Assembly: GCA_028820995.1 (NCBI GenBank)
Contig: JAPPHR010000111.1
Location: 1 to 42,470 of the forward strand
Length of the DNA stretch: 42,470 nt
Origin: Rhodospirillales bacterium
Lineage (GTDB): Bacteria > Pseudomonadota > Alphaproteobacteria > UBA828
Direction: 5' to 3'
Part shown: positions 7,330 to 16,302 of the stretch, in pieces
How positions within the stretch are numbered: the first letter of the stretch is position 1
How the letters are laid out: the number at the start of each line of letters is the position of its first letter
Program-made: the position numbers and the translations under genes
Notes under the pieces: model-generated
Databases searched by the model: none
The model's input: only the letters and a program-made list of their open reading frames with translations
What the model was told of the DNA's origin: nothing

Positions 7330-10300
7330 ATGCGTAGACACAGCTTGTTTTTTCGATACTGCGTCGTAATGATGCTCGTTACGGCAGCGATGGTCTTCAC
7401 GGCCATCGACAGCCCGGCCCAAACGACCGGCGAGATTTACGGGACCGTGACCGACATCTCTGACGCAGTCATTCCCGGAGCGGGCGTGGAAGCACAAAAC
7501 AGTGAAACCAACCTCACGCGAACCACGTTTACGGACGAGCAGGGGGGGTACCGCTTCACCCTGCTGCCCGTGGGAACTTACAGCGTGTCGGTTACGCTGC
7601 AAGGTTTCGCGCCGACACGGCAGGACGGGGTAGAGGTGCACGCAACCGAGGCCACGCCCGCCAACCTGGTGCTCGAAGTGGGGGAGATAACGCAGGAGGT
7701 CATCGTCAGCGCGACCCTGACGCCACAGGTGGACGTCACCACAGCCAGCGTGGGGAAGGTCGTCGAGGAGCAGCGGATCGTGGACCTTCCGTTGAACGGA
7801 CGAAACTTTCTGCAACTTGGGACGTTGCAGTCCGGCGTGGTTGCGGCTCCGGCGGGGATTCAGGCGACCGGTAGCGGAACCGACAACACCCCGGGCGGAA
7901 CAGCCAATCAATTCTCTGTCAACGGGATGAAAATCACGTCGAACAATCACCTGCTGGACGGGACCAATAACGTGGAAGCCATGTCGGGGTCGGCCATGGT
8001 CGTGCCGTCTCCTGACACGATCCAGGAATTCAGGATCCTGACCAACAACTACAGCGCGGAGCACGGCCGCGCTGGTGGCTCGGTCGTCACCGTGGTCACC
8101 AAGAGCGGCACGAACGCCGTCAACGGGACGCTCTGGGAGTTTCTCAGAAACGACGCCCTGGATGCGCGGAACTTCTTTGTGCCCGAAGTGCCGACGCTGA
8201 AGCAAAACCAGTTCGGCGGTACCATCGGTGGTCCGGTCGTCCAGGACCGGACCTTCTTCTTCGGCGGCTACGAAGGGTTTCGCCAGCGCAAGGGACGCCC
8301 GACCAACACCCTGGTCCCGTCGGTCAAGCTGCGCAATGGCGATTTCTCGGACTTGCCCGAAGCCAACCGACCCTCCCTGCCGTTCCAACCTGGAACCCGA
8401 TGGCCGGGTGACATGATTCCTCTGGAACATCACGATCCGGTTGCCAGGCGCGTCCTTGAATTGTGGCCGTTGCCCAACTCGGGACCGGACAACTGGGTGT
8501 CGACGCCCGTGGGCTCGCACGATCGCGACCAGGCCATGATCCGGATCGATCATTCGTCCATGGATGGCGCAAACATGCTGACCGGCCGGTACTTCCTGGA
8601 TCAGGGAACCCTGATACAGCCCAACGGGCTCTTCGGGCAGAGTCAGGGTTTCATCGATGCGCCGGGATTCGGTTTTTCCGATGCGAACCGGTTCCAGAAC
8701 TTTATGATGGCCGACACCCACATTTTCGGGGCCTCGATGATCAACGAGTTCCGCTTCGCATACGTCCGGTCGCGAGTCAACAGCGGGAAAGAGGTCAGCG
8801 ACATCAACAACCGGGATTTCGGCTTCACCTACCCCACGGCGGGCGAAGGAGGCGAGTTTTTTCCCGCGCACGGGATTCTCCCGTACTCCGGTCTCGGCTA
8901 TCCCGTTCGCGGCAACGATCGAATCAGCCGAACTCTACAGTTCTCCGACAACGTTTCGGTCAACAAGGGGCGGCACTCCTTGAAGTTCGGGGTGGACGTT
9001 CGCCGTTACAACATCTACAGTGACTTTCCATCGACGAATCACGGGAATTACAATTTCAATTTCGCCTTCGCCACCGGCGTCCCGTACGGTGATTTTCTGC
9101 TCGGTCAAACCAGCTTCTTCCTGCAGACGGCCGGCGCGTCGGTGAAGGAATTGTTCAAGACCGACATCTACCTGTACGTTCACGATACGTTTCGCATCAA
9201 CCCGAGATTCACCCTCAACTGGGGCTTGCGGTACGAGTTGTCGCCCGGATTTCTCGAGAAGAACGACCGGCAGTTCGCTCTCATTCAGGGCGTCAAGTCC
9301 TCGGTCAGCCCGACCTTGCCGGAGGGCGTGCTGCGCCCCGGCGATCCGGGTGTCGGCCGGCGGATCGTCGCCACCGACAAGAACAACTTCGGACCGCGGC
9401 TGGGCTTGTCCTGGGATCTTACCGGTGACGGCCGAACGAGCCTGCGCGCCGGCGGCGGCATCTTCTTCGACGACTCGGCGTTGATCTCGACCACGACGTT
9501 GCAGCAGCCGCCGGAGCTGCAGGCCTTCTACTTCGTCTTGCCGGCATTCGACCCAACCGCAAGCTACGCCGCGCCGTTTGGCGGAGCAAGCCCGATCGCC
9601 GGCGACCTGACGCCGCCGCTCCCGATTATCCCAGGATTGCCCGTCACCACGCTGGCCGTGGGCATGGAGTTGGGTAATGTCGGGCACTGGAATCTCACCC
9701 TGCAGCGCCAGTTGACCGAAGCGATGGCCCTCGAGGTGGCGTACGTCGGCAACTCCGGATGGAATCTCAATGGCATGACTAACCCTAACCAGGCCGTTTT
9801 CGGACCCAACGTCACACGCGACACGGCCGGCGCACGCCGCCCGATGCCGGCGCTCAGCGATGCCTTCATGATCGACGATGCGTTCCATTCGAGCTACCAC
9901 GGCTTGCAATCGACCCTGACCCACCGGTTCAGCCAGGGGCTCAGCTTCCAGGCGGCCTACACTTGGTCGAGGGCGATCGACAACGCGTCGACATTCGGGA
10001 CCTTCTTCAACATTCCTGGTCAACCGCTCGATCCCGGCCACGCTGCGGACCTGTCCAACGACAAGGGATTGTCGGCGTTTCATCAGTCGCATCGCTTGGT
10101 CCTCAGCTACATCTACGAGTTGCCGTTCCTGAGAGATCGATCCGACGCGCTCGGTCACGTCCTTGGCGGTTGGCGAGTAAACGGGATCACGTTGCTGCAG
10201 TCGGGCTCACCGTTCACCGTCCTCGATGGATCGGATCAATCGTTCGACGGCACTTCCGGGGACCGCCCCAATCTGATCGGGGATCCCAACAACGGGCCGA

Positions 10301-10608
10301 AGACGCCAGAGGAGTGGTTCGACACCGGGGCGTTCGAACGGGCCGTGGGCCCGGTCATGAACGGGACCGCCGGGCGAAACATCGTCTTAACCGACGGCAT
10401 CGTCAACTTCGACTTCGGGCTCACTAAGGTGTTTGAAATTAGCGAAGGCGTGGACCTCGAGTTCCGCTGGGAGGCGTTCAACTTGTTTAATCAAGCGAAC
10501 TTCAGTGTCCCGAAGAACAACCTGCAGGACGGAGCCGCCTTCGGCCGGGTATTACGCACCTCGACACCGGAGCGGATCATGCAGTTCGGTCTGAAGATCA
10601 TCTTCTAG
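7330..10608 (+). CDS. TonB-dependent outer-membrane receptor with N-terminal carboxypeptidase-regulatory-like domain
   Basis: 1092 aa. It has a signal peptide (MRRHSLFFRYCVVMMLVTAAMVFTAIDSPAQ) and a CarboxypepD_reg fold (GTVTDISDAVIPGAGVEAQNSETNLTRTTFTDEQGGYRFTLLPVGTYSV). A long beta-barrel region ends in the terminal aromatic QFGLKIIF. RBS ggaaggag precedes the ATG at 7330. Confidence 0.9.
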   Translation: MRRHSLFFRYCVVMMLVTAAMVFTAIDSPAQTTGEIYGTVTDISDAVIPGAGVEAQNSETNLTRTTFTDEQGGYRFTLLPVGTYSVSVTLQGFAPTRQDGVEVHATEATPANLVLEVGEITQEVIVSATLTPQVDVTTASVGKVVEEQRIVDLPLNGRNFLQLGTLQSGVVAAPAGIQATGSGTDNTPGGTANQFSVNGMKITSNNHLLDGTNNVEAMSGSAMVVPSPDTIQEFRILTNNYSAEHGRAGGSVVTVVTKSGTNAVNGTLWEFLRNDALDARNFFVPEVPTLKQNQFGGTIGGPVVQDRTFFFGGYEGFRQRKGRPTNTLVPSVKLRNGDFSDLPEANRPSLPFQPGTRWPGDMIPLEHHDPVARRVLELWPLPNSGPDNWVSTPVGSHDRDQAMIRIDHSSMDGANMLTGRYFLDQGTLIQPNGLFGQSQGFIDAPGFGFSDANRFQNFMMADTHIFGASMINEFRFAYVRSRVNSGKEVSDINNRDFGFTYPTAGEGGEFFPAHGILPYSGLGYPVRGNDRISRTLQFSDNVSVNKGRHSLKFGVDVRRYNIYSDFPSTNHGNYNFNFAFATGVPYGDFLLGQTSFFLQTAGASVKELFKTDIYLYVHDTFRINPRFTLNWGLRYELSPGFLEKNDRQFALIQGVKSSVSPTLPEGVLRPGDPGVGRRIVATDKNNFGPRLGLSWDLTGDGRTSLRAGGGIFFDDSALISTTTLQQPPELQAFYFVLPAFDPTASYAAPFGGASPIAGDLTPPLPIIPGLPVTTLAVGMELGNVGHWNLTLQRQLTEAMALEVAYVGNSGWNLNGMTNPNQAVFGPNVTRDTAGARRPMPALSDAFMIDDAFHSSYHGLQSTLTHRFSQGLSFQAAYTWSRAIDNASTFGTFFNIPGQPLDPGHAADLSNDKGLSAFHQSHRLVLSYIYELPFLRDRSDALGHVLGGWRVNGITLLQSGSPFTVLDGSDQSFDGTSGDRPNLIGDPNNGPKTPEEWFDTGAFERAVGPVMNGTAGRNIVLTDGIVNFDFGLTKVFEISEGVDLEFRWEAFNLFNQANFSVPKNNLQDGAAFGRVLRTSTPERIMQFGLKIIF

Positions 10609-10628
10609 CGGATGGCCTGACCCTGCCA

Positions 10629-10655
10629 CTGCCCCGCTGTCCGGGCAGCGGGCAG
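10629..10655 (+). terminator. GC-rich hairpin after the TonB receptor gene (no U-tract)
   Basis: ctgccccgctg-tccggg-cagcgggcag forms a roughly 10-bp stem with one bulged C, 21 nt after the TAG stop. It lies in the 235-nt gap before the next gene. Confidence 0.35.
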
Positions 10656-10843
10656 GGCGGCCGATTCACAGCGGCTGCGTTGTTCTATCGTGCGTTCAGG
10701 AGCATTCCTGGCTCGCTGTCAAAAAACTCGCGGTACGTGATCCAATCGAAGCGTGAGAGAATCCTGCAACTGGCAATGTCCGCTTCGAGTTCGCCCAATC
10801 GTCGGAGAGCGGGCGTCGCGAACAAGGTCCCGGAGGTGTCTGC

Positions 10844-12253
10844 GTGCGCAATGAACGGATCCAGTGGAATCGGCGCGTTCAATCGGTTCTGCCGGCCCTG
10901 ATCCTTCTCTCTTTGTGTGGGCCGGCCCGAGCCCAGGATGACGTGACCGCGATCCGCGCCGCGCGCGTCATCGACGGCGTGCGGTCCCGGGCGATCGATG
11001 ACGGCGTTGTCGTAGTGCGCGGCGCGGAGATCCTCGCGGTCGGCGTCGCCGATGAAGTCGAGGTTCCGAATGGCGCCAGCATCGTGGACTTGCCGGGCCA
11101 CACGCTGCTGCCCGGTCTGATCGACAGCCACGACCATCCGACGCTGCGGCCGGACTCGCTGGAGTTGCAGCCGATGATCGATCAACGCCTGGCGCCGGGC
11201 GGAGAGCAGATGCTGCGGGCCATCCGGAACATGCGCATCAGTCTGCTGGGGGGAACGACCACGGTGCGGGTTACGGGCGAGAGCAGCGGCATCGACTTCC
11301 AGTTGGGGAGGGCCATCGACGCGGGTGTGATTCCTGGACCGCGAATCATTGCCGCGGGCATGCCCATCGTGGCCACCAGCGCAGGCGCCGGGCCGCTCTG
11401 GCCCACCGACGGAGTCGAGAGCATCCGCAAGCGCATTCGAGAAAACGTACTCGGAGGCGCGCGATTCACCAAGATGTACCTGAGTGACACGTCGCCCACG
11501 ACGACCATCCTGTCGAGGGAAGAGGTCTGCGCGGCCGTGGACGAATCGCACCGGCTGGGGATTCCGATCACGTCGCACGTTGTAGGCAACTGGGGCGTTT
11601 CGATTCGTGTGGCGCTGGAATGCGGGGTCGACAGCTTCGAGCACGTGCGACCCATCACGGACGAAATTATCGAGATGTTCGTCGAACACGAGTCGCACCT
11701 CAACATCACTCCGTTGATCTTCATTCCCGGCGGGATCCGGTGGAGCCCGGAGATCTGGCGGCGGCTCGACAACGAGATGACGAGTGTCGAGGAGTGGATC
11801 GACTTCAACCGCGCGACCATTCAGGAGGCGAGACGTAACAATCCCCTGGGGGAAACCGAGGACCGCCCGCAGGACGTATTCGACATCGCCGAGGCTGGGG
11901 CCGTGGACTATACGCCGGGCATCCGACCGTATCAGGCGCAGTTGCTCAAGGCGCACCGGCGCGGGGTTCCGATCAGCCACGGCACCGATACCCTGCACGG
12001 GGCGCTGCTCTTGAACATCGAGTTCTTGGTCGAGGGCGGATTTACGCCCATGGAGGCGATCCAGGCCACCACGCGGGTCGCCGCCGCTGGGCTCGGACTG
12101 GGGATGGGAGATCGCATCGGAACGTTGGAGCCCGGCAAGCTGGCCGACATCATCAGCGTCGAAGGCGACCCGCTGGCGCAGATTCGGGATCTGGCCAAGG
12201 TTAGGTTCATCATGATCGAGGGCCGCCGTTTGGATCCGTTGAGTTTTCACTAG
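10844..12253 (+). CDS. Secreted metal-dependent amidohydrolase (Amidohydro_1, COG1228-like)
   Basis: 469 aa. Signal peptide VLPALILLSLCGPARAQ. HxH motif LLPGLIDSHDHP. C-terminal motifs GTDT and EPGKLADIISVEGDPL. The start is GTG. Confidence 0.85.
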   Translation: MRNERIQWNRRVQSVLPALILLSLCGPARAQDDVTAIRAARVIDGVRSRAIDDGVVVVRGAEILAVGVADEVEVPNGASIVDLPGHTLLPGLIDSHDHPTLRPDSLELQPMIDQRLAPGGEQMLRAIRNMRISLLGGTTTVRVTGESSGIDFQLGRAIDAGVIPGPRIIAAGMPIVATSAGAGPLWPTDGVESIRKRIRENVLGGARFTKMYLSDTSPTTTILSREEVCAAVDESHRLGIPITSHVVGNWGVSIRVALECGVDSFEHVRPITDEIIEMFVEHESHLNITPLIFIPGGIRWSPEIWRRLDNEMTSVEEWIDFNRATIQEARRNNPLGETEDRPQDVFDIAEAGAVDYTPGIRPYQAQLLKAHRRGVPISHGTDTLHGALLLNIEFLVEGGFTPMEAIQATTRVAAAGLGLGMGDRIGTLEPGKLADIISVEGDPLAQIRDLAKVRFIMIEGRRLDPLSFH

Positions 12254-12271
12254 TCGGAAGTGGGAGGACAC

Positions 12272-13090
12272 ATGTTGAATACCATGAGGAGCATTAGAAG
12301 CCTTTGGCTCTTGCTGCTCGGTTTACTGGCGTGGCAGGGATGCGAGGCTCAGGAAGCCGCCCGCACGCTCTACGTCGTGGAGCAGGAAGACATCGACCCG
12401 GCGCTCAACTCGCAGTACGAGCAGGGAGTTCAACTGGCGATCGCCGCCATGCAGAAGGCGAATCTGGGCTCGGACATGAGTTGGGGAGCGACCCAGTATC
12501 AGAGTTCCTATTTCTATGTGTTTCAGGTCGGATCGCTGGCGGAACTCGATCTGAATTCTCGCCAGGCGCGCGCGCGAAGCGCACAGCTCGCCACGGCGAT
12601 GGACGAGGCCACTTTCGCACAATTCGCGACCTTGACCACGCCGGCGATTCGCGGCAATCACCTCTCGGTGATGGAACCCGTGCCCGAGTTTAGCTACGCG
12701 CCCGCGGACACCGTAGTCGAGAATCCACAATTCAATCACGTGGTGACCTTGCGAGTGCAGGCGGCGCGCGCCGAACAATTCGAGCAGGCGACGGCCGAGA
12801 TCCTCGCTGCCATCCGGAAATCGGACTACCCGATCGGGTTCAACGCCTATCGTACGGTGATCGGCGACGGACGAGTCTTCTTCGATCGCGGACGGACCTA
12901 CTATTTCATCGCGCCCTTCGACACTCGATCCCAGTTCTACGAGGAGCATCCTTTCAACGAGGCATTGGCGGAAGCAGTGGGTGCGGAGCGAGCGGCTCAA
13001 CTGCTCGGCGATCAGTTGAACAGCCTTCTCTCGATGGAGACTCATGATTACCGGCGGCGGCCGGACATGGGCTTCCAGGCGACGAAATAG
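12272..13090 (+). CDS. Uncharacterised secreted alpha+beta protein with internal duplication (copy 1 of a family also found at 25811..26584)
   Basis: 272 aa. Signal peptide MLNTMRSIRSLWLLLLGLLAWQGCEA. It resembles the 25811 ORF along its whole length (e.g. AAIRKSDYPIGFNAYRTVIGDGRVFFDRGRTYYFIAPFDTRSQFYEEHPF versus AAARKSDYPLGWSAYRMVIGEGATFYGEGKVYCYVVPFDSPSQFYEQHSF). RBS gggagg precedes the ATG at 12272. Confidence 0.8.
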   Translation: MLNTMRSIRSLWLLLLGLLAWQGCEAQEAARTLYVVEQEDIDPALNSQYEQGVQLAIAAMQKANLGSDMSWGATQYQSSYFYVFQVGSLAELDLNSRQARARSAQLATAMDEATFAQFATLTTPAIRGNHLSVMEPVPEFSYAPADTVVENPQFNHVVTLRVQAARAEQFEQATAEILAAIRKSDYPIGFNAYRTVIGDGRVFFDRGRTYYFIAPFDTRSQFYEEHPFNEALAEAVGAERAAQLLGDQLNSLLSMETHDYRRRPDMGFQATK

Positions 13091-13150
13091 GTATTGGTCG
13101 CGGACCACACCACACGTAGGAGCCGGACCGGCGTATCGGACCCGATCTCG

Positions 13151-14425
13151 ATGATGCTTGCATCTCGACGGACCGGTGAGAAGGTCTTCTTTGGTTGGTG
13201 GATCGTGCTAGTGTCGGGCATCGGCCTGTTCATGGGCTATGGTGCGATCTACAACTACACCTTCGGGGTTCTCACGGGTCCGATCGGACGTGAGTTCGAC
13301 TGGAGCCGTTTCGCCGTTTCTCTAGGGTACTCGCTGTCGCTCGTCGCCTATTCGGTCGTGGCTCCGTTCGTCGGCAAGCTCGTGGACTCCTGGGGCGCCC
13401 GCTGGGTGATCGTCCCGTCACTGGTTCTGTTTGCCGCGGGCTTGATGGGGTTTTCCTTTCTCTCTGCCAATCTATGGCATTTCTATGCTCTTAATATTGC
13501 CCTGGGAGTTCTCGGTTGCGGTTCGGCGATCGTCCCCTACTCGAAGGTCATCTCCCATTGGTTCGACCGCCGGCGGGGTTTGGCGCTGGGCCTGGCCTCG
13601 ATCGGCGTCGGGGTAAGTTCGTTCATGATGCCTTCCGTCGCATTCGCGTTGATCTCGGATGCCGGATGGCGAGCGGCCTATTTGTGGATCGGCCTGATGG
13701 TCCTGGTGGTTACGGTGCCCGTTGGTCTTTTCCTCAAGGAGAACCCGGCGATGTTGGGCCTCTGGCCCGACGGGGATGTCCGTAGCCAGTCTGTCGGCGG
13801 TAAAGCACCCTCCGCAGCGCCCGGTATGACCGGCTGGGAGGCCCTGCAGAGCCGAACGTTCTGGTTGCTTTTCGCCGCGGTCCTTTTCGTGGCCATGAGC
13901 GTGATCGGATGCCTGATCCAACTGGTGCCCATTCTGACTGAGCGGGGGATATCGCAACGTGCAGCGGCGTTCGCCGCCTCACTGCTTGGGGGCGCCGTCA
14001 TGACCGGCCGGATCGTCAGCGGGTTACTTATGGATCGATTCTTCGCGCCGACCGTGGCTATGGTTTTCTTCGCCTGTGCTGGCCTCGGCGTTTTCGTCCT
14101 GTGGACCGGCGCGGGAGGGGCGTGGGTTTTCGTGGCTGCCTTCCTGGTTGGGTTGGGCGTGGGCGCGGAGGGAGAAACGATCGCCTACCTGGTCAGCCGA
14201 TACTTCGGGTTACGCGCCTTCAGCGAAATCTACGGTTATGCGCTGATCAGCTTTGCCATGGGCGGTGTTATCGGTCCGCCGCTGATGGGAATAGCGTTCG
14301 ACATCAGCGGTTCCTATAGTCAGGTTCTGGGCGCCTTGCTGGTTTCCGTCGTCGTGGGGCTGACGTTGATGAGAAAGCTCGGGCCTTACCCGAAATGGGA
14401 AACGGGGGATGTCCCGCTGTCATGA
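13151..14425 (+). CDS. MFS transporter, oxalate/formate-antiporter-like (copy 1)
   Basis: 424 aa and hydrophobic throughout, with about 12 predicted TM segments. The N-terminus FFGWWIVLVSGIGLFMGYGAIYNYTFGVLTGPIGREFDWS is OFA-like. It is a paralog of 26581..27870. Confidence 0.85.
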   Translation: MMLASRRTGEKVFFGWWIVLVSGIGLFMGYGAIYNYTFGVLTGPIGREFDWSRFAVSLGYSLSLVAYSVVAPFVGKLVDSWGARWVIVPSLVLFAAGLMGFSFLSANLWHFYALNIALGVLGCGSAIVPYSKVISHWFDRRRGLALGLASIGVGVSSFMMPSVAFALISDAGWRAAYLWIGLMVLVVTVPVGLFLKENPAMLGLWPDGDVRSQSVGGKAPSAAPGMTGWEALQSRTFWLLFAAVLFVAMSVIGCLIQLVPILTERGISQRAAAFAASLLGGAVMTGRIVSGLLMDRFFAPTVAMVFFACAGLGVFVLWTGAGGAWVFVAAFLVGLGVGAEGETIAYLVSRYFGLRAFSEIYGYALISFAMGGVIGPPLMGIAFDISGSYSQVLGALLVSVVVGLTLMRKLGPYPKWETGDVPLS

Positions 14426-14442
14426 TCTGAATCAAAGGGGGA

Positions 14443-15849
14443 GTGATTTTGAACCGTACTCTGCAATACCTGCTGGCCGCGTGTGTCGTCTTCGTCATCG
14501 GCTGCTCCGGCACGGAAGAGCCGGAGGCCCCCGCCGCCGCGCCGCCCACCCTGGCCATAACCGGCGTGACGCTGATCGGCGTGACCGGTGGCGACTCGAT
14601 CCAGGGTGCGGTCATTCTGATTGCGGGATCTCGAATCCAGCAAGTCGGCCCGAGCAGCGAAGTGCCGGTGCCGTCTGACGTTGAGTTGATCGAGGCGACC
14701 GGCAAGTTCGTCATCCCGGGTCTGGCGGACATGCACAATCATCTGGCCGAAGGGCGGTTCGGTTTCGGCGAACGAGAGCAGGATTATCAACGGAATCTCG
14801 CGAATCTGCTGGACTGGGGGATTACCTCGGTCTACTCGACGGGAATCCCCGACTTGGAAATTTACGGCGATCTGAAGCGCATTTCTTCGGATCCAGCCTC
14901 GCCATATCCCCATTTCTATGGCGTGGGCAAGACGTTCGGGGCCGAGGGTGGTCATGGCTCCATCGGCGGATTTGCGCCGGCCACGCCCGAGGAGGCACGG
15001 GAAGGCGTACGTGAGAACGCGGCCGCCGGTGCCGACGGCATCAAGTTCGTTTACAGCCCGGTGACCTATGCGGTCCGGTCCGGCCTTCCCCAGCTCGATC
15101 CCGAGGTGATGCAGGCGATCATCGACGAGGCGCACAAGAACGGGCTTGAGACGATGGTTCATGCCCCGATCCTCGAGTACGCCAAGGACGTCTTGCGGGC
15201 AGGTGCCGACGGACTGGTGCACGGGATCATCGACGAGGAAATCGACCCTGAGTTCATCGAGTTGATGGAACAGAATCAGGCCTTCTACATGACTACGCAC
15301 TCGATTTTCGAGGCCGCAGGAGACATCGCGGGGTGGGCGAATCGCTTGAGGGAATTCGACCGTAGCGGACGGGCATCGACCTTGGAGATCGAAGCGGGCT
15401 TGAATCCCGAGCTCGTGTCGGAATGGGAGGCCCGCTGGGACAACTTCGCCTATATGGATGAGCAGATGCCCGTGTTGGGCGCCAATACCAAGGCGGCCTA
15501 CGACGCCGGGTTGTTGGTCGTTGCGGGATCCGACACAGGCGACTCGGGCGCTGGCGTGGTCAATGGCCTGTCGCTGCAGGTCGAGCTGCAGTTGCTGGTC
15601 GAGTCGGGTCTGACACCGCGACAGGTGCTGCAGACGGCAACGATCAACGCCGCACGTATGGTCGGGCGGGAAACGGAATTGGGCACCGTCGAGGCGGGCA
15701 AGCTGGCAGACCTGGTGATCTTGAACGCGGATCCATTGGTGGACATCGGAAATGTAAACGACATTCACCTCGTCGTCAAAGGGGGTGTCGTTTACGATCC
15801 CGCTCAGGCTGTGGACGTCGGAAGCGGACAAAGTGTCGACGAGGAATAG
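14443..15849 (+). CDS. Lipoprotein/secreted metal-dependent amidohydrolase (Amidohydro_1)
   Basis: 468 aa. Lipobox-like N-terminus LLAACVVFVIGCSG. HxH motif VIPGLADMHNHL. C-terminal motifs VAGSDTGD and EAGKLADLVILNADPL. The start is GTG. Confidence 0.85.
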   Translation: MILNRTLQYLLAACVVFVIGCSGTEEPEAPAAAPPTLAITGVTLIGVTGGDSIQGAVILIAGSRIQQVGPSSEVPVPSDVELIEATGKFVIPGLADMHNHLAEGRFGFGEREQDYQRNLANLLDWGITSVYSTGIPDLEIYGDLKRISSDPASPYPHFYGVGKTFGAEGGHGSIGGFAPATPEEAREGVRENAAAGADGIKFVYSPVTYAVRSGLPQLDPEVMQAIIDEAHKNGLETMVHAPILEYAKDVLRAGADGLVHGIIDEEIDPEFIELMEQNQAFYMTTHSIFEAAGDIAGWANRLREFDRSGRASTLEIEAGLNPELVSEWEARWDNFAYMDEQMPVLGANTKAAYDAGLLVVAGSDTGDSGAGVVNGLSLQVELQLLVESGLTPRQVLQTATINAARMVGRETELGTVEAGKLADLVILNADPLVDIGNVNDIHLVVKGGVVYDPAQAVDVGSGQSVDEE

Positions 15850-15964
15850 ATGCCATGCCCGCATCGGAGAAGAGATGGGCGAGTACGTGGCCGAGCCTCG
15901 GAACTGCCCCGTTCGGATCAAGCAGGACGGGTCGCACCACTATTTCGAGAAGGAACGGTAAAAG

Positions 15965-16256
15965 TGGGCCCTGTCGCGCGAAGTCGATTGCAATCGGCAG
16001 CGAAGGTCGAGCAGGATCGAGCCGTTGCAAGAGATCTACGTTGCCTGCCATGCTGCTGCGAATGGACGAGATCGTCGGCTATCTGAATCAATTTCATCTT
16101 GGCGAGATTCCCAAGGATGCCGAGAAGCTGCTCCACATGGGATTGTCGTCAATGGAGGTGGCTGCAGCCATCGAGCTGCCGGGTAAGCGCGACGAGTTGG
16201 GAGTGTTCGCCGCCGAACGCTTTCGGATCGTCGAACTCGGAACCGGGCAGCCTTAG
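15965..16256 (+). pseudogene. Small conserved protein, copy 1 (paralog of 23930..24274). The N-terminal half is disrupted; an intact 68-codon ORF remains at 16050..16256.
   Basis: The C-terminal 63 aa are about 40% identical to copy 2 (MLLRMDEIVGYLNQ...LLHMGLSSMEVAAAIE...FAAERF versus MVPRMGAIMEYLNK...LFHMTLSLAEVAPAVE...FPAERF). The N-terminal homology (KWALSREVDCNRQRRSSRIEPLQEIYVAC versus GWALPTERERNHKRINSQMSEIQALYDTM) lies in a different frame. It is directly preceded by TAA at 15959..15961. Confidence 0.55.
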
Positions 16257-16302
16257 CACGACCCGCGCGGTTACGCCGCGCCTTGTTGAAGGAGGATTCT
16301 AC

